Shown piece by piece: positions 1 through 11,717 of a DNA stretch of 64,000 nt. Origin of the DNA: Amphiscolops sp. MND2022 (taxonomy: Eukaryota); contig OZ076413.1 of the NCBI GenBank assembly GCA_964187785.1, positions 59,768,001-59,832,000 of the forward strand, written 5' to 3'. The translations under genes and the position numbers were made by a program. The number at the start of each line of letters is the position of its first letter. Position 1 is the stretch's first letter. The notes beneath the pieces were generated by a model, which worked only from the letters and a program-made list of their open reading frames with translations, was not told the DNA's origin and ran no database searches.

Positions 1-10
1 GGATTATCAC

Positions 11-1123
11 ATGGTGACAGGAGCCAACCGACAACTCCATAGGCAAAGCTCTCAAAAGTTAAACGACACTCTAGGATCCCGCGCAGACCAAAACACATCA
101 ACATCGACTACAAATCCATTTGACCCAGTCAATCAAATTGCACTTGCAATAGAGAAATTAGCCAACAAAAACACTCCACAATCACTCTTTCATCCAAAAA
201 ATACACTCACGTTTAATGGCAAAAATGAGAAAAATGAACAATTCGAGTACTTTGAAGATCTATTTCATACAACTCTTCGCATGCAACCCAACCTCACTGA
301 GGAGATGAAGGTCAATCATTTCCATGCACACCTCAGAGGTCTGGCACTCAAAACATTCAAAAACATACAAAGAACCCCCAATACAACACTGGAAGACATC
401 TTGAAGGTGTTCCGCAGGAAATATGTAAAACCGGAGTCTAGTGCATCAGCAAAACACAGATTTCATAGACTCTCGTTTCAACCCGAGAACCAAAAACTTC
501 CTGACTTCCTCGAAGAACTCCAGGAAAATGCAGAGAAAGCATTTGGAGAAAACGCACATCAAATGATAGAGAATCTGCTCTACGCAAAGATGCCTCCCCA
601 CCTTAAAAAATCCATCAATCAAGCTTATCTTGCAAATGGTACTTATGATCAAATAGTTAAACATCTTGAACGAGAAATGGAACTTAACGGTCTAGAGGCA
701 GATGAACCCCTCGTCAAAACCCAAATGACTGCTACTAAAAAGGAAGAAAACAATGAGAAAACCAACAAAAAACAAAATGAAAAGGCTAAAAAACAAACCG
801 CAAAAACAGTACCCGATAAAACCCTCAAGAATGATCAATGCCGTTACTGTAAAGAGACAGGTCACATGATGAACTACTGTCCTAAACTAGCCAAACGGCG
901 TAAACTTGAGGAAGATCCAGACGCTGAAAAATGTCATAATTGTAAAACACCAGGACATGACGAAGAAAGCTGTTATTTTGGTGCCAATATGGAAAACCGT
1001 CCACCAAAATGGACCCTCACAGACGCACAAAAGAAAATCATAGAAGCATACAAACAAGCAAAAAAAACAATCAGACCTAAATCAGAAAAACACCAACAAT
1101 CTTCGTCACAGGATTTAAACTAG
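11..1123 (+). CDS. gag: Gag, copy 1 (open 370 aa; probably extended upstream into the LTR)
   Basis: Capsid-like LTFNGK...FEYFEDLF...LRGLA. CCHC knuckles CRYCKETGHMMNYC and CHNCKTPGHDEESC. Ends at slippery TTTAAAC then TAG. Confidence 0.92.
   Translation: MVTGANRQLHRQSSQKLNDTLGSRADQNTSTSTTNPFDPVNQIALAIEKLANKNTPQSLFHPKNTLTFNGKNEKNEQFEYFEDLFHTTLRMQPNLTEEMKVNHFHAHLRGLALKTFKNIQRTPNTTLEDILKVFRRKYVKPESSASAKHRFHRLSFQPENQKLPDFLEELQENAEKAFGENAHQMIENLLYAKMPPHLKKSINQAYLANGTYDQIVKHLEREMELNGLEADEPLVKTQMTATKKEENNEKTNKKQNEKAKKQTAKTVPDKTLKNDQCRYCKETGHMMNYCPKLAKRRKLEEDPDAEKCHNCKTPGHDEESCYFGANMENRPPKWTLTDAQKKIIEAYKQAKKTIRPKSEKHQQSSSQDLN
12..23 (+). promoter_or_regulatory. Primer-binding site TGGTGACAGGAG (again at 1699-1710 and 46711-46722)
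   Basis: TGG directly follows the LTR-terminal CA in both elements. Complementary to a tRNA ending CTCCTGTC-A-CCA; discriminator A is compatible with tRNA-Leu but the identity is unverified. Confidence 0.85.
1114..1120 (+). promoter_or_regulatory. -1 ribosomal frameshift heptamer T TTA AAC (second copy 2779-2785)
   Basis: XXXYYYZ in gag phase immediately before the gag TAG. The -1 frame (FKLETPRLYIK...) leads toward the protease region. Confidence 0.8.
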
Positions 1124-1487
1124 AAACGCCACGCCTTTACATAAAATCACCACACAAAATCAACTCCGCTGATGACTGGCAGCATCAGCCGAACCCAAAA
1201 CCTACAAAAAACATAACACATGAATCTTACCAAACAACACAAAACTTTCAACTCTCAACACAAGAAACTCAACCTGAAGTCACATACGAACTTCTCCGTG
1301 ATGCACCAGACAACTACTTTGTTAAACCACCAACTAACACTGAAAACGACTCAAACCCGGAAACTCACCATGAGTCACCCATTAAAAATCATGTCACCAT
1401 AAAAACTTCTTGAGATGACAGATAAAGTCAAACAGGAGCCAATCTGCAGTAACAAACCCCAGGTCACAAGTTAACGAAACAGAGGAT

Positions 1488-2788
1488 ATGCGACCGTCAG
1501 GATCCAGGAGTAAAGAACCTATAGGAGTTCATGCATCCAACATAGAAAGTTCTGAACCTGAAGATGAGGATAATCCTATTAGAGCGTCCAAAATGACGGA
1601 GTTAAAACATCCTGCGAAACCTTTGTTTCGGAGCGAGTCTGATATAGACGTAACTATACATTCAGATGAAGAGTCCGATATAGAAGAGGATTATCACATG
1701 GTGACAGGAGCCAACCGACAACTCCATAGGCAAAGCTCTCAAAAGTTAAACGACACTCTAGGATCCCGCGCAGACCAAAACACATCAACATCGACTACAA
1801 ATCCATTTGACCCAGTCAATCAAATTGCACTTGCAAAAGAGAAATTAGCCAACAAAAACACTCCACAATCACTCTTTCATCCAAAAAATACACTCACGTT
1901 TAATGGCAAAAATGAGAAAAATGAACAATTCGAGTACTTTGAAGATCTATTTCCTACAACTCTTCGCATGCAACCCAACCTCACTGAGGAGATGAAGATC
2001 AATCATTTCCATGCACACCTCAGAGGTCTGGCACTCAAAACATTCAAAAACATACAAAGAATCCCCAATACAACACTGGAAGACATCTTGAAGGTGTTCC
2101 GCAGGAAATATGTAAAACCGGAGTCTAGTGCATCAGCAAAACACAGATTTCATAGACTCTCGTTTCAACCCGAGAACCAAAAACTTCCTGACTTCCTCGA
2201 AGAACTCCAGGAAAGTGCAGAGAAAGCATTTGGAGAAAACGCACATCAAATGATAGAGAATCTGCTCTACGCAAAGATGCCTCTCCACCTTAAAAAATCC
2301 ATCAATCAAGCTTATCTTGCAAATGGTACTTATGATCAAATAGTTAAACATCTTGAACGAGAAATGGAACTTAACGGTCTAGAGGCAGAACTAACGGTCC
2401 TAAAAAGGAAGAAAACAATGAGAAAACCAACAAAAAACAAAATGAAAAGGCTAAAAAACAAACCGCAAAAACAGTACCCGATAAAACCCTCAAGAATGAT
2501 CAATGCCGTTACTGTAAAGAGACAGGTCACATGATGAACTACTGTCCTAAACTAGCCAAACGGCGTAAACTTGAGGAAGATCCAGACGCTGAAAAATGTC
2601 ATAATTGTAAAACACCAGGACATGACAAAGAAAGCTGTTATTTTGGTGCCAATATGGAAAACCGTCCACCAAAATGGACCCTCACAGACGCACAAAAGAA
2701 AATCATAGAAGCATACAAACAAGCAAAAAAACCAATCAGACTCAAATCAGAAAAACACCAACAATCTTCGTCACAGGATTTAAACTAG
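1488..2788 (+). pseudogene. gag: Gag, copy 2 (frameshifted near 2390; ORFs 1488-2534 and 2531-2788)
   Basis: Same protein as copy 1 with an LTR-encoded N-terminal extension. 32 bp are replaced by 10 bp, shifting the frame before the zinc knuckles. Confidence 0.9.
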
Positions 2789-5700
2789 AAACGCCACGCC
2801 TTTACATAAAATCACCACACAAAATCAACTCCGCTGATAACTGGCAGCATCAGCCGAACCCAAAACCTACAAAAAACATAACACATGAATCTTACCAAAC
2901 AACACAAAACTTTCAACTTTCAACACAAGAAACTCAACCTGAAGTCACATACGAACTTCTCCGTGATGCACCAGACAACTACTTTGTTAAACCACCAACT
3001 AACACTGAAAACGACTCAAACCCGGAAACTCACCATGAGTGACCCATTAAAAATCATGTCACCATAAAAACTTCTTGCGATGACCAAAAACAACCCTTAC
3101 TGGATGAAGACCTCACCGAACATATACAGTTTGACAAAGAACGCAACCTGTCGTATTTACCAATTTCCACCTCTTTAACACTGAAAAGAAAACCCCACAT
3201 GTACTACATACCAATGGATTTCGAAAAACTCACACTTGATGGTCTTATTGATACCGGAGCTCTCACAAGTGCCATATCTGAACAAGACCTCAACAAAATT
3301 AAATTGCTCGCTAGCGAAGCAATCAAAGAAACCGGTCCCCCACCAAACTTGCAAATCATGGTGGCAAACGGCCAATTAGAAGTCCCCATTGGTACCGTTC
3401 TCTTAGAATTTGAAGTGGCTGATTTCTTGTTAAAAGAAAATTTCATAATCATGAAAAACCTGCCAAACCCGCTAATCGGACTGTGTTTCCTTCGCAGAAA
3501 CAACGCAATTTTTGATGTCACACAAGGCATCCTAACCTTCCCCTATCAATGCAACTCAAACCTGACACCCAGACATCCATCCGGAAAGCAACACCATTGT
3601 TTGCTGAAAATAACTACACTCTACAACCAGGCGAAACACTCGCCATAGCAAGCAAAATGCCACATTTGATGGACCATAACGCAACAGGAATCGTCACTCC
3701 ATCACCTCAATTTGAAAACCATGATAGCATTTTCATCACAGCGTCTTTTAGCACAGTCAACAATAACGCTATTGGGTACCAAACTTTTCTGAATTACCCT
3801 ACACGATAACTATCGATACCCATTTAGCTGATTTCAAAATTTTCACTCCCGAACAAATCAAACACATACAGCCTGTTGACCCCGCGATGCTATCCTTCAT
3901 GATACAACATGAGGAAACAACGGATGTATACATAAATGAACTTCTAAAAGTACCACAACCAAACCCTGAACAAGAATCGTACTGGTTTCCTACTCCGGAA
4001 GATCCAGGCGATCCCGCATCTTATACCCCCATACAACAACGTATCTACAATGAACTTCTTGAATTAAAAGAACTTGAAAAACTGAACCCACACGATAACG
4101 AATCATCCAGGACAACATTCCTCTCAAACTTCGACTTGTCCGACACCACCCTCAGCCCAGTCGAACGTCAGGAAATCGAAGAGATTCTCGTCGAATTTCA
4201 CGATATTTTCGCCAGACACCGTTTTGATATAGGTATAAATCGTGAGTTCAAGGTAAAACTAACACCAAATGATGACAGACCAGCATACAGCCAAAGTCTG
4301 CCAACTCCAATCAACTGAAAGATGATATCACAGTAGAACTTGCACTTCTCCACAAATATGGTATAATTACAACTTTACCATTTTCCAAATACGCCAGCCC
4401 AATTTTTGCACAACGCAAACCGAATGGGCACCTCCGACTCCTTGTGGACCTCAGAAAAATCAATAATCTCATCACTGAAGATTATGCAAACAATAACCAC
4501 CCGGTAAGCACCTTATCAGATGCAGCCCAACATATGGCGGGGAAAAAACTTTTCTGCAAATTGGATTGCTCCCAGGCTTACCACTGCCTCCAAATGGCAG
4601 ATTACCAATCAATCCAAATGCTTGCCTTTATTTTTGCTAGCAGAACATTTGCTTATCGCCGTCAAGCCCAGGGGCTCAGCAGATCTCTATCTGCATTTTC
4701 GAGCTTCATGAGAGAATATCTGGATAGAGCAATCAAAGCAGATCAATGTGCCCAATACGTCGACGATATTGGCATAGCAGCAAATGACACAAAACAACTA
4801 TGCACCAATATCAAAACTGTCTTCGAATGCATCCGAAACGCCGGTCTGAAACTCTCCATGTCCAAATGCCATTTCGGAGTTAAACAAGTCGACTTTCTGG
4901 GACGAACAATCACACCTGAAGGAGTGTCTCCGCAAGCGAACAAAGTGAAAGATTTTATCTTAAAACTCCGATTCCCTAAATCCAAAAAGGCGCTACAAAG
5001 GTATATTGGATTCTTAAACTACTACAGGAACTACATACCTCGCCTGTCGGAACGGCTTGCTCCGTTCTTCAAACTTCTCAAAGAAACATCTAAATTCTAT
5101 GTACCAACAAATCTGGTAGAAGATTTCACCAACCTCAATAAACTCTTGGAAAATTCTTGCCGATTAGCGTTAAAACAGCCACTCAAAGACAAACAATTAA
5201 TAGTAATGTCTGACGCAAGCTTTACAGCAGCCGGATATGCAATCATGATAGAAGATGACCCAATCCAGAAACTACAATCAAAACGTAAAACATATGCACC
5301 AATAGCCTTCGGGTCAAAAACCTTCAACCCGACACAAACCAAGATGTCAATTTACGCAAAAGAATTTCTTTCAATATATTTTGCGTTCGTTGAATTTGGA
5401 CACTTGATGTGGGGATCTACTTTCCCAGTCATCGTCTTTACTAATAACAGATCAGTAACCCGATTTTTTCAAGCAAAATTAATTCCTCCAGCCCTCTGGA
5501 ACGCTTGTGATTACGTGCTACAATACAATTTTGTTATTGCCCATGTCGCTGGATCAATGAATACTGCGGCTGATTTCCTCTCAAGAACCGAAGTCAACCC
5601 CACAGAGAAGCTTGAGATGACTCTTCGCAATGATATCCACACAAAAGCCATAGAGGTCAACATTCAATCCTCAGGTATCGTAGACGAAGAACAAATCTAC

Positions 5701-7676
5701 ATACTTCCAGATGATGAGGTTGACGAAAATCAATTATGGCAAGAGAAACACAACGTACGTGAACAAGCACAAAATGAAACACATAATGAACCCGAAAATG
5801 ACGTTAATGAACTTCAACAATTCCACAAACCCACTTCCGGCCTAATCTCCTGTTCATCAGGGCACTTCAAAGACAACGCTCGAATTAGACTTGAACAAAA
5901 TAATGATGTTGTCCTCAGAAACCTACGAGCTAAACTCGAAGGTAACCCCTTCGACGAAAACGAATTAGCATCGGATCACCGATACCAACATTACCTCCAA
6001 AACATCACCAGAATCGAGATAAAACAAGAAGTCCTTACCCGTAGATACTATACGGATACAGGAATAATATCACACTACCAAATTCTACTCCCGAAACAGC
6101 TCCTGAAAGAATTCCTCCACGCCCTACATGGTCACAATTCTAACCACCCAGGAATCACAAAAATGATTCAGGAATCTCGACAAAAATATTATTACCCCTG
6201 TATAGCCAAATACAATAAAAAATGGGTAACAAACTGCCAAACTTGCATCCAAAACAAGCGCATTAACAATGACCTTCTCCGAACCGAACTCCTAAATTGC
6301 CCAGAATGGGATTTAGGGCCAGAGGACATTCTGCAAATGGACATCCTACCGAACCTTCCTACAAGTGGTGGCTATGACCATATTATAACAGCAATAGACG
6401 TCTTCTCGAGATACCTGTTTGCATATCCAGCAACCCGTATTAATGCAACAGCGGTCTCGAAAGTCATTATGGACATTCTATGTAAACACACCTACCTCTC
6501 AACAACCATTATACCAGACTTAGGAACCCAATTCAATGCTCATGAAATCGCTGGTGTGCTTGGAATTGAATTAAAACACGCTACCATGAAGCATGCACAA
6601 ACAATAGGTCTCCTTGAACGAACTCATGCCTCAGTCAAAACACACCTAAAAGCCGCCACAGGCGAGTTTAGGGATAACTGGCATAAATACCTTCCACTGG
6701 CAGTCCTTAATCACAACACGACATACCATGCATCACTTGGTTGTGAACCTTCAAGAGTGTTTCACGGACGTATACCTCATAATATTCTTGATTATAAACT
6801 TGGTTACAACCCAAATCCTCGATATCAACCGCAAACCGATATCGCTGAAGAAGTACAACGCCGAATGCAGATTCTCCTAGACCAAACTAAGAAAAATATC
6901 ATGCAGTCCTATCTTAGATACAAAGCCTACTACGATAGAAAAGCAAAAGCAGCCCCGCTGGAGACTACGGATTACTGCTACATTCTAAACCCAAAAGCAG
7001 ACACCCAAACGACTAAGATTCCGTTCCGTGAATTCAGATGGTGCGGTCCTTATAAAGTCGAAAAAGTTCTCCCTAACAACAATTATATAGTCAAAAGACT
7101 CGGCACCAATAAAACTCAGTTATTACACAGAATTCGCCTACGAAAATTTACACCGCAAGCACCCCTAGCAGACATCTTCGTTCGTGAAACGGACTGGCAA
7201 AAAGATGACCAGATGATAGTCTCACATGACGATCTATATGCCCAATCGTGGAATACGAACTTTGGCCCCAATCCATTTGAGGAAAGCCCTCATGAATCTA
7301 CACTCAATACAGACAAAATAGAATACGTTCCAATCGAAATACCTGAGCAAAACCGCCCCCCTCCCCGAATTCTTCAAAAAACAGCGGGGGGAGCCCAGTG
7401 GAACAAACCACTGCTCCAGAAGTGGAGAATAGAAATATAACCCCACAAGAAATTCCTGATGATACTCCAATTATAGAAGAAACCCATAAAAGTAAAAACA
7501 ATACAACTGAAATAAAAACCCCAGAAAATACCCAAAATGTTCCGAAAAACACACAAAAATCCCCAAAAAATTCACAAAATACCCCATTGCAAGAAGAACC
7601 CATAAAAACTCGTGGCGAAAAATACAACTTACGCCCAACTCCTAACCCCAATTACTCAGACTCATATAGATACTAA
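2779..7676 (+). pseudogene. pol: Pol polyprotein (PR-RT-RNaseH-INT), mildly disrupted; longest open piece 4444-7440
   Basis: Protease LIDTGAL; RT AQYVDDIG; RNase H MSDASF and YAKEFL; integrase HGHNSNH...CQTC, QMDILP, IIPDLG, GLLERTH; GPY motif CGPYKV. Nonsense at 3040-3042 and frame breaks near 3550, 3780, 4315 and 7385. Confidence 0.95.
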
Positions 7677-7721
7677 AAAACACTGACAATCAGACTTTTT
7701 TTCAATCTCTTTTCTGGAGCT

Positions 7722-7760
7722 TTGATGTCTTAGCATCATCATTGATGTCTTAGCATCATC
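7722..7760 (+). repeat. 20-bp tandem duplicate TTGATGTCTTAGCATCATC, each unit a small hairpin
   Basis: Units at 7722-7740 and 7742-7760, each TGATG-tcttag-CATCA. Lies between the convergent pol and cargo 3' ends. Confidence 0.85.
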
Positions 7761-7878
7761 AAATAAATACTGCTCCTTTAATACAGTTGAACCAACAATT
7801 GTATAAATAAACAAAACACAAAGTATGCAACAAGAATACATGAAACGTACGATTAAATAACAAACTATGTTAAAAAAA

Positions 7879-10830
7879 TTAGTTCTTCTTTTCCTTGGAC
7901 GCCTTAGATTTGCTCTTAGCAGCACTTCTTCCTACTCCTTCTTCCGAACAGCGGGAAACGGTAACAGAAACACGCCCCAAAGAAGGCCCTGTTACGGGGG
8001 AACTACTGGAACTGGTAGTTCTACTCTCACTAGGCGACGTCATGTCCAGAAATAAAGGCAAACCTTCCCCTCGAAGCACGGACTTCTTGTAGGATATCTC
8101 CAATTTTCCGAATACAGCACTGCGACGAACTTCACTCCCCTTGAGGAAATTCCACACCGAAAATTTCCTATCGCGAATTAAACTAGGTCCTCGTCCAAGT
8201 AATCTGAACACGCGACTGATAGTTTTCGGACTCCTGTATAAGCTGGAAACGTTGGGAACTGTAACATAAGACAATTGCAGACTCCTCACTACGGAACGGA
8301 AAGAATGATCATCTGATTCCAAGCCAGGAATCGAGACGTGAAACTTAGGAGGTTCGATGACAACAGGCGGCAGGCATAGACACGCATTTCTAAATAATTG
8401 AAGCAACTCAGGACGACTCTGCATTTCATAATGAGAAATGAGGAATTGAACCCAATCAGATCTGATAATTCCACTTTCAGCACGAAGTTTTATAGCGAAT
8501 GATCGGTATTGGCTCACAGCTTTAACCTTATTGCTAGTGGTCATCCATCCACAAGAAACAAAATAACTTGTTAGACTTTCGACAGCAGAGACATAGTTTT
8601 CCTCTGGTCCATCAAGTAAAACAGCATGATCGAATGATGAGAGTCTCAATCAGGCTAGAAGCTTCTTCGAGGGAGTACTGCAAACTGATCACACACTGGA
8701 AACAAACTGAAGTAAACACAAAGAAACAAAAACATCAGGAAAACGAAATTGACGATATAATACCTTGTGCAATTGAGGTAGTGAATGCAACCAGTCTTTA
8801 TCTAGGGCCGTCCTCAATTTCAGCAGGAGGTAATCGAGAATACTTCTGAAATCGTGTCTCTCGATAATTTTGGCAGTTGGTAATGCGAGACACCTCTCGA
8901 ATTCGTCTTCGCCAAAGTTGTTGATGATTATAGGCCGAGGATGCCCAGGTAAAGTCGTTGAGAGACAATGGCTGAGCCGCTCTCCTAACCCAATGAGGCT
9001 GATACATGGGGGCGCTGTCTCAAATAAACTAATGAATGAAGCAACAAGAGATAAGATCTTGCGAGGAATCAGGATTCCTCTTGGTCCAGTTCCAATGCAT
9101 ACCTGATACAGGACATTTCCTGACCAGAAACTGAGATATAAGGTGTTCTCGGTGGGATGGCTCATCAGGGACAGAGAATAGACCCCACTAGCATTTACGT
9201 TGGTCACACAATAGTTGAGCAATTCCGTGAACATGTGAGTGATGATTCCCTGAAAAGAAAACTACGTTCGGACTTGGTAACGATTGAATATGATATCATG
9301 ATTACTCAAAAACTTCTGGTCACATGAATGTCAAATACCTGAAGTAGTATTGTGGGATTGATGAAAATTGAGATCACTTACAAATATGCGGTAAGGACTC
9401 CAATTGAAGGTGATTGCTTGTCCTTCCCCGCCTGAAAATCGGTTGATTTCGTCATAAATGTCAGTCACGCAGGAAATGTCGCCCCCTCTGCGCAACCCGA
9501 TCTCGATGATACAGATCTGTGAGGAAACTGTTTCAGTGGGACTCTTGTCTGTTCCGAAATGTGGCAGTGAGTCTTGTCCTACCAATAGGCGAGAACAGTC
9601 CAATTGGGGGGCGATAGGATATGTATCCCTAGCGATTCTCTTCGCTCCTGCTAGAGCTAGACCCTGTAGTTCACACTCGTCTTTATCGTATAGTGCCATG
9701 CCCGGGGTTTCCATCCTAATTCGGTGTTCCCTAACCAGGTGTGATTCGGTTTTATAATGAGCCATTAACTCTAACACTCCTCGGCTCATAAGGGAGAGTT
9801 CAATTCGGCACACACGGCAACTCCATTTGTAAGGCGTCTTGTCTCGATTGACTGGTCCAGTAGCGGAAAACTTTAGGACAGGGTGCTTGCGAAGCATAGA
9901 CCATTTAAGTGAATAGCGAGGCCTCGGTCGTTTGTTGCAAATAACCGGTGCTTCATTGAGTTCTTGCTCTGAATGGGATATGTTAGGCCCACTATTAGTT
10001 GCATGCTGATCTTCCTCTGGATTACCTCTGGGAGGCTTTTGAAGTGTGTCTTCAACGACCGAGAAAGATATCCCCTGATCGTTTTCAGTTTCAGTCCCAC
10101 CGATGTAAGATTGTGGGAGTTTTTCGATAACGTTTGTTATGGCCACCAGCTCATTTCGTGTATTGTTGACACTCTGAACGTTAGGTCTGTGAACTTCAGT
10201 GGTTTCGGAATCAGTGGGTACCTCATCAGCTTTGTCGTTACTTTTGTTAAGAGAGGCATTATGTTTTTCTGGATCTAGATCAAGTTGTTCAACCAGGGCA
10301 GTTAGAGAAGGTAACAAGAATTGAGTCAACAGAGATTTGCTAGCCTGCTGTTTGGGTAAAGGAACACTAGTCCCTACATTCGGAGCAGTAATAACCTCAG
10401 GAGAAGTATCCATGGTCATAGCATTAACTCCAGATAAATGTGGTTCTACCAGATTTTCATGGATGGAGGCTAAATGTGGAGTATCCTCTTCTTTAGAAGT
10501 TTCTAAATCTTCAGGATTAATGGTAGAATCCAATAAATCAAAGTTAACTTGAGCCGGACTATGGACGATACCATCTGGATCAATTGTATCCTCAACTGTA
10601 TCAACAACAGTTTCTCCTTGGGGTTCTTCTAATTCAACTGCCGCACTGTCCGATGCAATAGTGGAGCTACCAATGGTGATAACAGAAATATGCTCTGGAT
10701 TCGCGGTGGGGCTTGGAACAGTAGGCTGTCCTGGTGGAATGACCTCCAAGGGTGTATAAATCTTGGTAGGGGAACGAACTGGTGATTTTTCAGTAGCCCC
10801 AAGTTCAACTAAAACAAATAAATTTGACAA
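7879..10830 (-). CDS. Antisense spliced cargo gene A: disordered N-terminus, BED-like Zn finger, degenerate hAT-transposase-like domain (one apparent frameshift near 8650)
   Basis: Three long minus-strand ORFs (9331-10830, 8689-9234, 7879-8649). In-phase GT-AG intron 9381-9250 (PYRIF|GIITH) and GT-AG intron 8763-8696. Zn-finger-like WSCRVC...MAHYKTESH. Colinear homolog in element B. Confidence 0.8.
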
Positions 10831-11504
10831 ATCTCACCAAGGGAGAAAACAAAACTGAACTCAGCTCTCTACTCTTCAAGAATTTTCTAATCCGGACGCG
10901 GTTTTAGAAAACATAAATTAGGCGGAAGTAGCTGAACAAATTTGACGGAAGTTGCTGACTTCCGTAAGAAAATCTGAATCAAAAGCATAATATACAAGAG
11001 TAGCTTATTCAAAACATCAGCCTGGCCAGCTGATGAATAAAATTTTACCGATCGGAAAACAAATCAGCAACAATGGATCTCAGAAGAAACTTAAAATTTG
11101 AACTTACGTGGCGACACAGAAGTAGGAGATTTGTAAAGTCCAAGGACTAATGAAGAATGTGTTTAAATAAAAATCCAACAAGTGATAAAAGACTGACTGA
11201 GTACTGGAAAAGAGGTTGAATAACTAGACTTATAATGGACTAAAACTGTAGACTAGACAATGTACGATATGACAGAAATTTAGCAATATCAATGGAGTAA
11301 AGACGTGGCGTATCAAACAAAAGGCCAAAAGCAAATGAACTTTAATTCGGCAAAAATGTACACATTTGAGCTGGACGCTGATTGGTCAATTAATCATTCA
11401 GTTTACTTCTGCCAGAGTGATTGACTGGTTGATTGACAACTTTCAAACTTATTCAACACGCTATAGTACAAAGCATACTTATTTCTGAATCACGCATGTA
11501 CAAT

Positions 11505-11717
11505 ATACGGTAACATGCGTATAAAGGGAAAACGAGTATGCGGCATCATACGGAAATTGTTGAAGAGAATATGCGGCATGGTACGCATCGAGCGATTACG
11601 AATATGCGGCATCATGCGGAATTCAATGAAAAAATATGCGGCATCATGCGGAATTCAATGAAAAGAATATGCGTCATCATACGCATTGAGAGAAGACGAG
11701 CATGCGGATACATGCGG
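11505..11717 (+). repeat. Degenerate 33-bp-period array of paired ATRCGG motifs
   Basis: Unit starts 11505, 11538, 11571, 11604, 11636, 11669, 11702. Most units have a second motif 10 bp downstream. Ten exact ATRCGG. Confidence 0.85.

Larger units (their letters stand above)
1..3084 (+). repeat. Tandem duplication of LTR end + PBS + gag + start of pol (1-1419 vs 1688-3084)
   Basis: Near-identical at offset 1687, then 1665 after a net 22-bp loss in copy 2. Junction at 1419/1420 jumps back into LTR sequence. Confidence 0.95.

Noticed and set aside
446-5342. Short minus-strand ORFs overlapping gag/pol, and equivalents at 47003-53017 and 61129-63339
   Set aside because: Shadow ORFs opposite real coding frames; no motifs or independent support.
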